Assembly: GCA_041547565.1 (NCBI GenBank)
Contig: JBFEUI010000001.1
Location: 38-64,037, forward strand
Length of the DNA: 64,000 nucleotides
DNA from: Thiohalomonadaceae bacterium
Lineage (GTDB): Bacteria > Pseudomonadota > Gammaproteobacteria > Thiohalomonadales > Thiohalomonadaceae
Reading direction: 5' to 3'
Positions 1 to 11,710 of this stretch are shown here, piece after piece (position 1 is the first letter of the stretch; each line of letters begins with the position of its first letter). The position numbers and the translations under genes are program-made. Below the pieces are notes generated by a model, which was given only the letters and a program-made list of their open reading frames with translations, made no database searches and was not told the DNA's origin.

Positions 1-315
1 CGGTGATTTCAATGTTGTTGCGGCACTGGCCTGCCTGGGCGACGGTGACTTTAACAGCCGTCTCTTGCTTGGGCTGATAATCAGTATATGTTGCCCGGGA
101 TAGATGTCATAAGGCGGCTTGATGCTGTTCCAGGCAGCCACCTCGCGATGATCATAGCCGTAGCGCCAGGCAATGGAGTAGAGCGTATCGCCCGGGCGTA
201 CACGGTAGCGCAGATAATCGGCGTTTTTTCCGGAGTAGCCAACCGTACCGCAGCCTGTCAGTACCAGGGCCGCGATCAAAAAAAGAATGGATGTCCTCTT
301 CCCTCTTCTAACCAT
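1..315 (-). CDS. nlpD: NlpD-like LysM lipoprotein (murein hydrolase activator), N-terminal part; the gene continues beyond the window start
   Basis: Absent from the ORF track because it is truncated. My reverse-strand translation from ATG 315-313 gives MVRRGKRTSILFLIAALVLTGCG (lipobox), then LysM-like YRVRPGDTLYSIAWRYGYDHREVAAWNSI, open to base 1. Classic surE-pcm-nlpD synteny. Confidence 0.75.
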   Translation of the reverse strand, partial: MVRRGKRTSILFLIAALVLTGCGTVGYSGKNADYLRYRVRPGDTLYSIAWRYGYDHREVAAWNSIKPPYDIYPGQHILIISPSKRRLLKSPSPRQASAATTLKSP

Positions 316-880
316 TCAGTATCACGTATCCAAGAATCACCAGCACCACCAGCACCCAGCCGATGCGGTCGATATACGTACGCAACGTCCGTTCCATACG
401 TTCACCGCCCCACACCATCAGTCCCGCCACCAGAAAGAAACGCGCCCCCCTGCCAATAAGCGATGCCAGCACAAACGGCAGAAACGCCATATTGATCACA
501 CCGGCTGTGATGGTAAATACCTTATAGGGTATAGGGGAGAAGCCGGCCAGGAATATGGCCCAGAAGCCCCACTGCGCGAACCACGCCTTGGCCTTGAGGT
601 AGCCATCCCAGTAGTGGCTGTTTTGCAGTGCCGGTTCGATGAGGTCAAAGGCAAAATAGCCGATGAGAAAACCGAGCATGCCGCCCAGCACCGATGCCAG
701 TGTGGTGATCAGCGCAAAACGCCAGGCATGCTTCGGTCTGGCCAGAGACATCGGTGCCAGCATGACATCGGGAGGAATGGGGAAAAAGGAGGACTCGGCA
801 AAACTCAGCCCCCCCAGGTAACGCGGTGCATGCTCGTGTGCAGACCACTTCATCACCTTTGTATAGAGCGTTGAAAACAT
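308..880 (-). CDS. yqaA: YqaA/DedA-related (SNARE-associated) inner membrane protein
   Basis: 190-aa ORF with several hydrophobic helices and an FFPIPPDV motif typical of the YqaA family. Overlaps the nlpD start by 8 nt. Confidence 0.7.
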   Translation of the reverse strand: MFSTLYTKVMKWSAHEHAPRYLGGLSFAESSFFPIPPDVMLAPMSLARPKHAWRFALITTLASVLGGMLGFLIGYFAFDLIEPALQNSHYWDGYLKAKAWFAQWGFWAIFLAGFSPIPYKVFTITAGVINMAFLPFVLASLIGRGARFFLVAGLMVWGGERMERTLRTYIDRIGWVLVVLVILGYVILNG

Positions 881-890
881 CTACAGAATC

Positions 891-1547
891 CTAGTTGCTA
901 CCCGCCAGCATGGGGACGAAGGTCACCCCGTCAAGCACTTCCTGCACATAGTCATTGCCCTGCCTGCTGATTACCTGCAACTGCTGGTTGCGCCCCTCAC
1001 CAACCGGGATCACCAGTTTGCCGCCATCGGCCAACTGCTGCAGCAGCGCCGGCGGAATCTGCGGCGGGGCGGCGGCAACCAGTATGCCATCAAACGGCGC
1101 GGCCGCGGCCCAGCCCTGGTAACCGTCGCCGTGACGCAGTCGCACATTGTATAGGCGCAGTTCGTTCAGGTGCACACGCGCCTTTTGCGACAGTGCAGCG
1201 ATACGTTCGATGCTATACACCTCATCGACCAAGTGTGCCAGCACCGCAGCCTGGTAGCCGCAGCCTGTCCCGACCTCCAGCACTTTTTTGGGTGCCGTGC
1301 TCAGCACGATTTCGGTCATTTTGGCCACGCTGTGAGGCTGGGAGATGGTCTGGCCGAAACCGATCGGCAGGGCGGTGTCCTCATAGGCGCGGCTGGCAAG
1401 CGCCTCATCAATGAAGATATGGCGGGGAATCTGCCGTATCGTATCGAGCACCCGTGTGTCACTGATGCCACTGTCGATGAGACGCTTGATCAGCCGTTCA
1501 CGGGTACGCATGGAGGTCATACCGATGCCCTGATGGTGCTGATTCAT
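891..1547 (-). CDS. pcm: Protein-L-isoaspartate O-methyltransferase
   Basis: SAM-binding motif VLEVGTGCGYQAAVLA and conserved ISQPH. Lies directly downstream of surE. Confidence 0.95.
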   Translation of the reverse strand: MNQHHQGIGMTSMRTRERLIKRLIDSGISDTRVLDTIRQIPRHIFIDEALASRAYEDTALPIGFGQTISQPHSVAKMTEIVLSTAPKKVLEVGTGCGYQAAVLAHLVDEVYSIERIAALSQKARVHLNELRLYNVRLRHGDGYQGWAAAAPFDGILVAAAPPQIPPALLQQLADGGKLVIPVGEGRNQQLQVISRQGNDYVQEVLDGVTFVPMLAGSN

Positions 1548-1557
1548 CGCGCTGCTC

Positions 1558-2301
1558 TCACCCCTCTAGCCAGGAACGCATCTCGTCGAGCACCTGATGC
1601 CGGGTCAAGTCGGTATGGATCGGTGTGATCGAAACACGGTTATTGTTAACGGCGTGAAAATCGGTGCCCGGCCCGGCGTCCTGTTCGCTGCCTGCCGGCC
1701 CCACCCAGTAGATTTCCCGCCCACGCGGGTCATGCATCTTGATCACCGGTTCGGATTTGTGGCGATTGCCGAGCCGGGTGGTTTCAATCCCCTCAAGCTC
1801 GGACCAGGGAATATCCGGGACATTGATGTTGAGTATCGTGTTGTGGGGGAGTGGGTGATTCTCAAGTTTGGCAATGACATCCAGCACCACCCGTGCGGCG
1901 GTGTCGTAGTGGCGGGGCTGATGGCTCGCCATGGAGACCGCCAGTGCCGGCAGACCAAGGAAACGCCCCTCCATGGCTGCGGCTACCGTGCCTGAATAGA
2001 GCACGTCATCCCCCAGATTGGCCCCGGCATTGATGCCCGAGACCACGATATCCGGCTCCTCGGGCAGCAGTCCGGTAATGGCAAGATGGACACAGTCGGT
2101 CGGCGTACCCTCCACTCGAATAAAACCGTTGTCGGCCTGTCGTGTGCGGATCGGCATATCGAGCGTCAGGGAGTTGCTTGCACCGCTGCGATCACGCTCC
2201 GGCGCTATCACATTCACCTCGGCTATCGTCAGCAGGTGCTCATAGAGACAGACTATCCCTTCCGCCTGATAGCCGTCATCGTTACTTACCAGTATTCGCA
2301 T
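1558..2301 (-). CDS. surE: 5'/3'-nucleotidase SurE
   Basis: Canonical N-terminus [15 protein letters not shown]. The ORF-track start at 2325 adds 8 aa, so ATG 2301 is preferred. Confidence 0.93.
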   Translation of the reverse strand: MRILVSNDDGYQAEGIVCLYEHLLTIAEVNVIAPERDRSGASNSLTLDMPIRTRQADNGFIRVEGTPTDCVHLAITGLLPEEPDIVVSGINAGANLGDDVLYSGTVAAAMEGRFLGLPALAVSMASHQPRHYDTAARVVLDVIAKLENHPLPHNTILNINVPDIPWSELEGIETTRLGNRHKSEPVIKMHDPRGREIYWVGPAGSEQDAGPGTDFHAVNNNRVSITPIHTDLTRHQVLDEMRSWLEG

Positions 2302-2521
2302 CAAGTCCGTTACCGGGTGTTGCACGCAATCGGCAACACCATAATATTGCCTAAAACTCTGAAATACACTGTGTCATGGGGTGTCGCCATTGCTGCCAGC
2401 CTGACTATTCACCCAATGTGGCGGCAGAACAACCGCACTCCCGCCATATCGGGTAGACTATACCGCATTCGCGAACAATTGGGCACGCCATTCGCCCGTA
2501 ACACCCATACAGATACAGTCG

Positions 2522-3061
2522 ATGTCGGGACGCAAACCCAAAACAAGTGATGAGGACAAGGCCCTGTTCCGCAAGGCGGTCAGGGACGTGCGTACCCTGA
2601 AGCAGGACAAGATCCCTCCCTATCGCCGCCCGCTGGCCCCGCGGCCTCACATGCGCATTGAGGATGAACGCCAGGTCATCGACAATCTGCTTTCCGACGA
2701 CTGGGAGCCGGCAGAGCTGGAGACCGGTGAGGAGCTGCTCTTTGCACGCCCCGGACTGCAGCACAACGTGCTGCGTCGCCTGCGGCGCGGCCAGTTCACC
2801 GTCGGTGCGGAACTGGATCTGCATGGAATGAGTGCCAGGGAGGCGCGCCAGGCACTGTCCGAGTTTCTCCTTTTCACGCCACATCGCTGCATACGCATCA
2901 TCCACGGCAAGGGGCGCGGCTCATTCCAGAAACAGCCGGTGCTCAAGGGCAAGGTGAACAACTGGCTGCGGCAACGGGACGAGGTGCTCGCGTTCTGCTC
3001 GGCGCGCCCCGTTGACGGCGGAACCGGCGCACTTTACGTGCTGCTAAAGCGCAGACACTGA
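2522..3061 (+). CDS. smrB: Smr-domain endonuclease, SmrB/YfcN-like
   Basis: 179 aa. N-terminal EDKALFRKAVRDVRTLKQDKI resembles E. coli SmrB. C-terminal Smr domain motifs LDLHGM ... IIHGKG. Confidence 0.75.
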   Translation: MSGRKPKTSDEDKALFRKAVRDVRTLKQDKIPPYRRPLAPRPHMRIEDERQVIDNLLSDDWEPAELETGEELLFARPGLQHNVLRRLRRGQFTVGAELDLHGMSAREARQALSEFLLFTPHRCIRIIHGKGRGSFQKQPVLKGKVNNWLRQRDEVLAFCSARPVDGGTGALYVLLKRRH

Positions 3062-3086
3062 TACCGTCGCGTAGCTGCACGGACAT

Positions 3087-3114
3087 TAAAGGATTTCCCT
3101 CATCCTGCCGATAG
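3087..3114 (+). promoter_or_regulatory. Candidate sigma28 (FliA) promoter for the MCP gene
   Basis: TAAA(3087-3090)-16 nt-GCCGATAG(3107-3114), against consensus TAAA-15 nt-GCCGATAA. About 130 nt upstream of the MCP start. The same architecture occurs at 48664-48691. Confidence 0.45.
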
Positions 3115-3243
3115 GGTGATGGAACAGCCTGAAATGGCTATAAAATTTTGACATTGCCGCTATTTTCGGCAAATGTATTGGCCATACACGTACATGATAA
3201 GTTACTAAAAACACCCTACACCACACTGCAAGGAAACAGCACT

Positions 3244-4872
3244 ATGATCAAGTGGCTCCTCGGAAGCATTCGCAACAAACTGCTGCTGATATCCGGTACC
3301 GGCACCGCCCTGCTGCTACTGGCCGCAGGCTTCGGTATCTGGTCGTCAGAGAACGCAGTTATGCAGTTCGAGCACTTTTCTGAGCATGACTTAAAGATCG
3401 AGCGCGAGATAGGCGCCACCACGGTCGATTTCAAGATACAGGTACAGGAGTGGAAGAACGTCCTGTTGCGCGGCCATGACCCAAAAAAACTGGAGAAATA
3501 CTGGGGACGCTTTGAGCAGCGGGAGAGCAAGATAAAGCAGGCCGTCAAGGGACTGCTTCCCGAGGTCGACGATGCGGCGACGCATGGCAAACTGACCCAG
3601 TTCCTCAAGGAACACGACAACATGAGCACGGCCTACCGCAAGGGGCTGGAGGCCTACAAGTCTGCCGGATTCGACTCCAAGGTGGGTGACAAGGCGGTCT
3701 CGGGCATCGACCGGGCGCCGACCAAACTGCTGGATGAGGCCGGCGAACTGTGGCACCAGGCACTGCTCGCCGAGGAAACCGAGGTTATCGACAACAATAA
3801 AAGCAATATCATGCTGACCATGGCGTTCATAGCCATGGCCATAGTCATCGCCTTTGTGACCTACCTGCTGTTCATCCAGCGTGGCGTTATTGCACCGGCG
3901 AATGATCTGGTTGATGCCATGGCGAAACTGGCCGACGGTGATTTTTCACGCCCCATCGTCACAAGTAATACCGATGAACTCGGCAAAATCGCCCACAGCG
4001 CCGAGGTCATCCGCCAGTCACTGCACGGCAGTATCGAGGATGTGGCGCGCTCATCCGATCAAATGACCCAGGCCATTAATGACCTGAGCGACATCATCGA
4101 CATCACCCGTAACGGCGTATTGCAGCAACAACAGGAGACCGACCAGGTCGCCACGGCGATAAACGAAATGACCGCAACCGTGCAGGAAGTGGCCAGAAGC
4201 GCCAGTAATGCAGCGGATGCCGCGACCAGCGCCGACAGGGAGGCTCAGAACGGCCGCAACGTGGTCAGCCGCAACATCGACGACATCGAAGTGCTGGCCC
4301 AGAAGATCGAACAGGCCGCCTCCACCATCGATCAGTTGCAACAGGAGAGCAGCAACATCGGTGCCGTGCTGGATGTGATTCGCGGGATCTCCGAGCAGAC
4401 CAACCTGCTCGCACTGAACGCCGCCATCGAGGCGGCCCGTGCCGGTGAGGCCGGACGCGGTTTCGCTGTGGTCGCCGACGAGGTGCGCGCCCTGGCCAGC
4501 CGCACCCAGCAATCCACCCAGGAAATCCAGGAGATGATCGAACGGCTGCAGACGGGTGCCCACAACGCGGTTCAGGTGATGCAGGAGAGCAAAAGCTCGG
4601 CCGATGCTACCGCCACCCAGGCGACCGAGACCGGAGCTGCCCTGGATAACATCACCGGCGCGGTATCACAGATCAACGACATGAATGCCCAGATTGCCAG
4701 CGCATCGGAGCAGCAGTCCAGTGTTGCCGAGGAGATCAACCGCAACATCGTGGCCATCAGCGAGATTGCCGATCACTCGGCCGAGGGTGCCAAGCGCATC
4801 AATGAGGCCAACGACAAACTGAACCAGGCCGCCGATCACCTCAAGCAGCTGGTACAACGCTTCACGCTGTAA
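3244..4872 (+). CDS. Methyl-accepting chemotaxis protein
   Basis: N-terminal TM helix, periplasmic region, second TM, HAMP, and the conserved signalling hairpin [35 protein letters not shown]. Start chosen at ATG 3244 (MIKWLLG) behind an AAGGAA Shine-Dalgarno. Confidence 0.92.
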   Translation: MIKWLLGSIRNKLLLISGTGTALLLLAAGFGIWSSENAVMQFEHFSEHDLKIEREIGATTVDFKIQVQEWKNVLLRGHDPKKLEKYWGRFEQRESKIKQAVKGLLPEVDDAATHGKLTQFLKEHDNMSTAYRKGLEAYKSAGFDSKVGDKAVSGIDRAPTKLLDEAGELWHQALLAEETEVIDNNKSNIMLTMAFIAMAIVIAFVTYLLFIQRGVIAPANDLVDAMAKLADGDFSRPIVTSNTDELGKIAHSAEVIRQSLHGSIEDVARSSDQMTQAINDLSDIIDITRNGVLQQQQETDQVATAINEMTATVQEVARSASNAADAATSADREAQNGRNVVSRNIDDIEVLAQKIEQAASTIDQLQQESSNIGAVLDVIRGISEQTNLLALNAAIEAARAGEAGRGFAVVADEVRALASRTQQSTQEIQEMIERLQTGAHNAVQVMQESKSSADATATQATETGAALDNITGAVSQINDMNAQIASASEQQSSVAEEINRNIVAISEIADHSAEGAKRINEANDKLNQAADHLKQLVQRFTL

Positions 4873-5893
4873 CCGCCAGCTCCCGTAACAGGCTGGTGGC
4901 AAAACTGCCGGCGGACAGGAAGAACTCGACGCGCAGTGTACGTGTATCCGTCCACTGCCAGTCGAGTTCTTGCGCCTTCAGACGCAACGCCCGGCGCTCC
5001 ATTTTCATCCCGGCGCGCTCCAGCCCTTCACGTAGCGCACCGCAATCACGCAACGCCTCTTCTTCTATCGCCCTGACCGTTCCCGCGGTGTGGCTATCCC
5101 CACGGCCCCACATCGGCCCGGTCAGGGCAATCTCGCCATCCGACAGGCGTCGTGCCAGCTCATCGGTTACAGCTTCCCCCCAGAACACGGCGGATTTGCC
5201 TTCCAGCATAAACACTTCGCCGTCGAGCATGCGGTTCCAGTTTCCCTGTTCGATACGCCCAGAAAGCACGCGGTTAAACAGATAGGAGCGTGCCGCCGAG
5301 AGGTACAGCCCGCGGCGATGGCGATCCTTTACCCTTATTTCGCCGCGAAACAGTTTCAGTGCCTGCAGATGATTGTCATGATTACGGCCAAAGCGTTGCT
5401 CGCCGAAATAGTTGGGAACGCCCCCTAGCCTTATCAGTTCCAGCCGCCTCTCCAGTTCATCCCTGTCGCCCGCCACATTATGCAGATTAATCACAAAGCG
5501 ATTGCCGCGCAGCGCACCCCGCCGCAGCTTGCGTCCGTGGCGCTGCGCCGACAGAACCGTTAGCTCCTGCGCATCGAGCTCACGCCAGTCCGGCTCCGCC
5601 TTGCCCGCCAAGTCCACGCTAAACCACTGGCGTGTTACCGCATTACGGTCCTTTTGACCGGCATAACTTACCGCACCTGGTTTTACGCCAGCCAGACGAG
5701 CAAGCTGTTTTGCCAACCAGTCTGTATTGGTATTGCGTTTCTCGATGTGCAGCATGACGTGTTGGCCCTCCCCATCGGGTTCAAAGCCAAGCACCTCATC
5801 GACGAAAAAATCTTCCGGGGATTGTCTCATTGTCGCCGTGGCACTGGGACGTCCGTAGGCATAGGTCCAATCGAGCTGGTAGTAATCAGTCAC
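4862..5893 (-). CDS. truD: tRNA pseudouridine(13) synthase TruD
   Basis: 343 aa. [20 protein letters not shown] and [12 protein letters not shown] motifs align with E. coli TruD. GTG start at 5893-5891. Confidence 0.9.
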   Translation of the reverse strand: MTDYYQLDWTYAYGRPSATATMRQSPEDFFVDEVLGFEPDGEGQHVMLHIEKRNTNTDWLAKQLARLAGVKPGAVSYAGQKDRNAVTRQWFSVDLAGKAEPDWRELDAQELTVLSAQRHGRKLRRGALRGNRFVINLHNVAGDRDELERRLELIRLGGVPNYFGEQRFGRNHDNHLQALKLFRGEIRVKDRHRRGLYLSAARSYLFNRVLSGRIEQGNWNRMLDGEVFMLEGKSAVFWGEAVTDELARRLSDGEIALTGPMWGRGDSHTAGTVRAIEEEALRDCGALREGLERAGMKMERRALRLKAQELDWQWTDTRTLRVEFFLSAGSFATSLLRELAVTA

Positions 5894-5898
5894 AGTCT

Positions 5899-6099
5899 TT
5901 AACGCAAAGATGCAAAGGCGCAGAGAACGCCAAGAAAATATGTGTTACACATGGTGTTCGTACAATAGCCATCAATGAAGTTGTCGATCACAGAATTTGT
6001 AACTCAGGTAGACGCGCACCGGTAACCTGAGCTGTATAATAATGCAAAAAATAAACCTATACACTTTGCGCCCTTTGCATCCTCACGCCTTTGCGTTAA
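5899..6099. mobile_element. MITE-like element filling the whole ispF-truD spacer: terminal inverted repeats around an AT-rich core
   Basis: Perfect 11-bp termini TTAACGCAAAG (5899-5909) and CTTTGCGTTAA (6089-6099). The repeats extend imperfectly to about 30-36 bp as GCAAAG-type 7-8-nt units. The core (5936-6062) looks markedly AT-richer and holds an internal hairpin CTCAGGT/ACCTGAG (6003-6031). No ORF. Confidence 0.55.
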
Positions 6100-6572
6100 C
6101 AACTTTTCAGCAATACAACGGCATGGGCGGCGATACCCTCACCCCGCCCGGTGAAACCGAGTTGCTCGGTGGTGGTCGCCTTGATGTTCACACAGCCGAC
6201 ATCGATAGCAAGCGTCTCGGCGAGGTTTTCGCGCATCTCACCGACGTGTGGTGCGAGCTTCGGCGCCTGGGCGATGATCGTGCTGTCCACATTGGCGATG
6301 CCAAAGCCGTTTTTCCCGAGCAGCTCGACCACATGGTGCAGTAATTCGCGGCTGTCGACACCCTGGTACTGCGGGTCGCTGTCGGGAAAGTGGCGACCGA
6401 TGTCACCCAGTGCCGCCGCACCCAGCAGCGCATCACACAGCGCGTGAATCAACACATCACCATCGGAGTGGGCGGCAAAGGCTTTGTCGAACGGAATCCT
6501 CACGCCACCCAGAATGATGTGATCGCCCTCTTTAAAGGCGTGCACATCGAAGCCATGGCCGATACGCATCAA
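6096..6572 (-). CDS. ispF: 2-C-methyl-D-erythritol 2,4-cyclodiphosphate synthase
   Basis: [12 protein letters not shown] and HSDGDV motifs. 4-nt overlap with ispD. Confidence 0.95.
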   Translation of the reverse strand: MMRIGHGFDVHAFKEGDHIILGGVRIPFDKAFAAHSDGDVLIHALCDALLGAAALGDIGRHFPDSDPQYQGVDSRELLHHVVELLGKNGFGIANVDSTIIAQAPKLAPHVGEMRENLAETLAIDVGCVNIKATTTEQLGFTGRGEGIAAHAVVLLKSC

Positions 6573-7288
6573 TCTGCCTCCTGTTGCTTCATATAGAGCG
6601 CTGCCAGCATCAGATCCTGTGGCCGGGTGATCTTAATATTGTCCCCATGCCCCTCCACCATCAGTGGCGAGTTGCCGGCGCCTTCCATGGCAGAGGCGTC
6701 ATCGGTAATGCCGGCCCCACGCTCGATCGCCGTTTGCAGGGCGGGACGCAACGCCGACAGACGAAACATCTGCGGTGTCAGGGCGCGCCACAGGTGTGAA
6801 CGGTCAATGGTCTCCCGCACGCAGTTCTTCTCATCGGTGCGCTTGACCGTGTCACTGACCGGCAGACCCAACAGACCGCCAACCGGATGTTCCCGCAGCG
6901 TGGCGATCAAATGGTTAATATCATCCTGACGAATACAGGGGCGAGCCGCATCGTGCACCAGCACCCATGCCTCCCCCACGCACTCCTTCTCAAGATGGTT
7001 CAGTGCGTTTAACACCGAGTGACAGCGTTCCGCACCACCATCAACGACATACAGCGGTTTATCAAGTGAGAGTTCCAGTGTCGGCCAATAGGGGTCCCCC
7101 TCGGACAATGCCACAACAATCCCGCTGATGTGTCCGTTGCCAGCGAGGCGCTCAATGGTGTGCTCGATGACCGTCTTGCCGTTCAGTTCGAGATACTGCT
7201 TTGGAATATCGCTCCCCATGCGCCGGCCCACCCCCGCAGCCGGAATCACGGCCCAGCATGGAATAATCGCATTGTCGGGATAGTTCAT
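6569..7288 (-). CDS. ispD: 2-C-methyl-D-erythritol 4-phosphate cytidylyltransferase
   Basis: [21 protein letters not shown] nucleotide-binding motif. ispD-ispF operon. Confidence 0.95.
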   Translation of the reverse strand: MNYPDNAIIPCWAVIPAAGVGRRMGSDIPKQYLELNGKTVIEHTIERLAGNGHISGIVVALSEGDPYWPTLELSLDKPLYVVDGGAERCHSVLNALNHLEKECVGEAWVLVHDAARPCIRQDDINHLIATLREHPVGGLLGLPVSDTVKRTDEKNCVRETIDRSHLWRALTPQMFRLSALRPALQTAIERGAGITDDASAMEGAGNSPLMVEGHGDNIKITRPQDLMLAALYMKQQEAD

Positions 7289-7297
7289 GCTGCTATG

Positions 7298-7570
7298 CTA
7301 CTCCTCGACGACCTGGTAGAAGGTCTCATCGTCCTTGATCATACCCAGTTCGCTGCGTGCCCGCTCCTCTATCGCCTGCAGCCCTTGCTTGAGATCCACC
7401 ACCTCGGCCTCCAGCGAACGGTTGCGCTCACGCAACTGCTCATTCTCCTTTTGTTGCTGAGCCACCTGATCGGATAGCTGCCACAGCGTAAGCAGGCCAC
7501 CATCGCCGAACCAGAGTCTGTACTGGAGCAGCAACAGTAATAGCAGCAATATGGTGGCCAAAACTTTCAT
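7298..7570 (-). CDS. ftsB: Cell division protein FtsB
   Basis: MKVLATILLLLLLLLQYRLWFG TM helix plus coiled coil, and C-terminal EERARSELGMIKDDETFY, like E. coli FtsB. Start taken at ATG 7570 rather than the TTG at 7627. Confidence 0.88.
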   Translation of the reverse strand: MKVLATILLLLLLLLQYRLWFGDGGLLTLWQLSDQVAQQQKENEQLRERNRSLEAEVVDLKQGLQAIEERARSELGMIKDDETFYQVVEE

Positions 7571-7630
7571 AAATTCAAATTTACCGCTCCTGCATGGATG
7601 GCGGGGTTGCAGAAAGAGCAGACGCAATTT

Positions 7631-7805
7631 TCTGTCCGCACAGTCGCTCCCGGTATCCTCGGCTCAGGCTTCCTGCTTCGCTCTACCTCCTCCATCCCTG
7701 TAGTTGTGCCTCCCGCGCCATTAGCGCACATCCCTGTACGTCATCCTGTACATCGCCGCTCTTGCACATCCGTGTGCTTCGCGGCATACCATACATCCTG
7801 TACAT
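7631..7805 (-). repeat. GGA-motif-rich repeat block (candidate CsrA/RsmA-binding RNA or ftsB leader), homologous to 56900-57023
   Basis: 12 GGA on the minus strand in 175 nt. Five extended A(N)GGAUG-type sites, including GUACAGGGAUGU (reverse complement of 7728-7739). Confidence 0.45.
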
Positions 7806-7844
7806 AAAAACGGCCCGGGCGGTAGCAATACCGGCCGGGCCGTG
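7806..7844 (-). terminator. Intrinsic terminator of eno
   Basis: 14-bp GC-rich stem with 1 mismatch (CGGCCCGGCCGGTA / TACCGCCCGGGCCG on the minus strand), followed by TTTTT. Confidence 0.8.
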
Positions 7845-7862
7845 ATCACTATGCCGTACCGT

Positions 7863-9161
<1,299 letters not shown>

Positions 9162-9193
9162 TCACTATGATTTCTTGTTTATTTCGTTAACTA

Positions 9194-10027
9194 CTACAAA
9201 TTCTGTTCAATGAGCCCCTGGCCCTTGACCGCCTCATCGATACTTTTGAGGGTCGTTAAAAGCGCTTCCATCATGCCGAGCGGCCACATATTGGGCCCAT
9301 CGCTCAGCCCCCTGTCCGGATCGGGGTGGGTCTCCATAAACAGGCCCGCGATGCCGCTGGCCACAGCCGCCCGCGCCAGCACCGGGACAAACTCGCGCTG
9401 GCCACCGGAACGCCCGCCCTGACCACCGGGTTGCTGCACCGAATGGGTGGCATCGTACACCACCGGGCAACCGCTATCGCGCATGATGGCCAGGCCGCGC
9501 ATGTCCGAAACCAGGGTATTGTACCCGAAAGAGACGCCGCGCTCGCACACCATGATCTGCTCGTTGCCGACGGCCCTGGCCTTCTCCACCACGTACTGCA
9601 TGTCCCAGGGCGCAAGGAACTGACCCTTTTTGATGTTCACCGGTTTGCCCTGGCTGGCCACCGCCTGAATGAAATTGGTCTGGCGGCAGAGAAAGGCCGG
9701 GGTCTGCAGCACGTCCACGACACTGGCCACCTCATCCAATGGGGTGTCCTCGTGCACGTCGGTCAGCACCGGCACGCCGACCTCGCTACGTACCTTCTCC
9801 AGGATACGCAAGCCCTGTTCAATGCCGGGGCCACGAAAGCTGCCGCTGGATGTGCGGTTGGCCTTGTCGAAGGAGGACTTGAAGATAAACGGCATCGCCA
9901 GCCGTTCGCTCATCGCCTTGAGCTCGCTCGCCGTCTCCATGATCAGCGTCTCACTCTCGATCACGCAGGGACCGGCGATAAGAAACAGGGGCTGCTCCAG
10001 CCCGACCTCGAAGCCACACAGATGCAT
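9194..10027 (-). CDS. kdsA: 3-deoxy-8-phosphooctulonate (KDO8P) synthase
   Basis: [12 protein letters not shown] and KANRTS motifs. pyrG-kdsA-eno order as in pseudomonads. Confidence 0.93.
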   Translation of the reverse strand: MHLCGFEVGLEQPLFLIAGPCVIESETLIMETASELKAMSERLAMPFIFKSSFDKANRTSSGSFRGPGIEQGLRILEKVRSEVGVPVLTDVHEDTPLDEVASVVDVLQTPAFLCRQTNFIQAVASQGKPVNIKKGQFLAPWDMQYVVEKARAVGNEQIMVCERGVSFGYNTLVSDMRGLAIMRDSGCPVVYDATHSVQQPGGQGGRSGGQREFVPVLARAAVASGIAGLFMETHPDPDRGLSDGPNMWPLGMMEALLTTLKSIDEAVKGQGLIEQNL

Positions 10028-10032
10028 GTTAG

Positions 10033-11667
<1,635 letters not shown>

Positions 11668-11710
11668 TTAAGCGTCACGAAAGTGAAAGAAAAATTATCG
11701 GCGCTGGGCC

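Noticed and set aside
88-874. Plus-strand ORFs 88-459 and 287-874
   Set aside because: They are antisense to the nlpD fragment and yqaA, which have clear lipoprotein/LysM and membrane-protein features.
3141-3163. Second sigma28-like motif upstream of the MCP (TAAAATTT ... GCCGCTAT)
   Set aside because: The spacer is only 7 nt instead of 11, so it is unlikely to function. It is noted only because the same two half-sites occur with correct spacing at 48694-48720.
7691-7805. Short minus-strand ORFs inside the GGA-rich blocks (about 36-40 codons here and about 35 codons at 56910-57020)
   Set aside because: The nucleotide similarity between the two blocks is not maintained in a common reading frame, because indels shift the frame. 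Conservation is therefore at the RNA or DNA level, not the peptide level.
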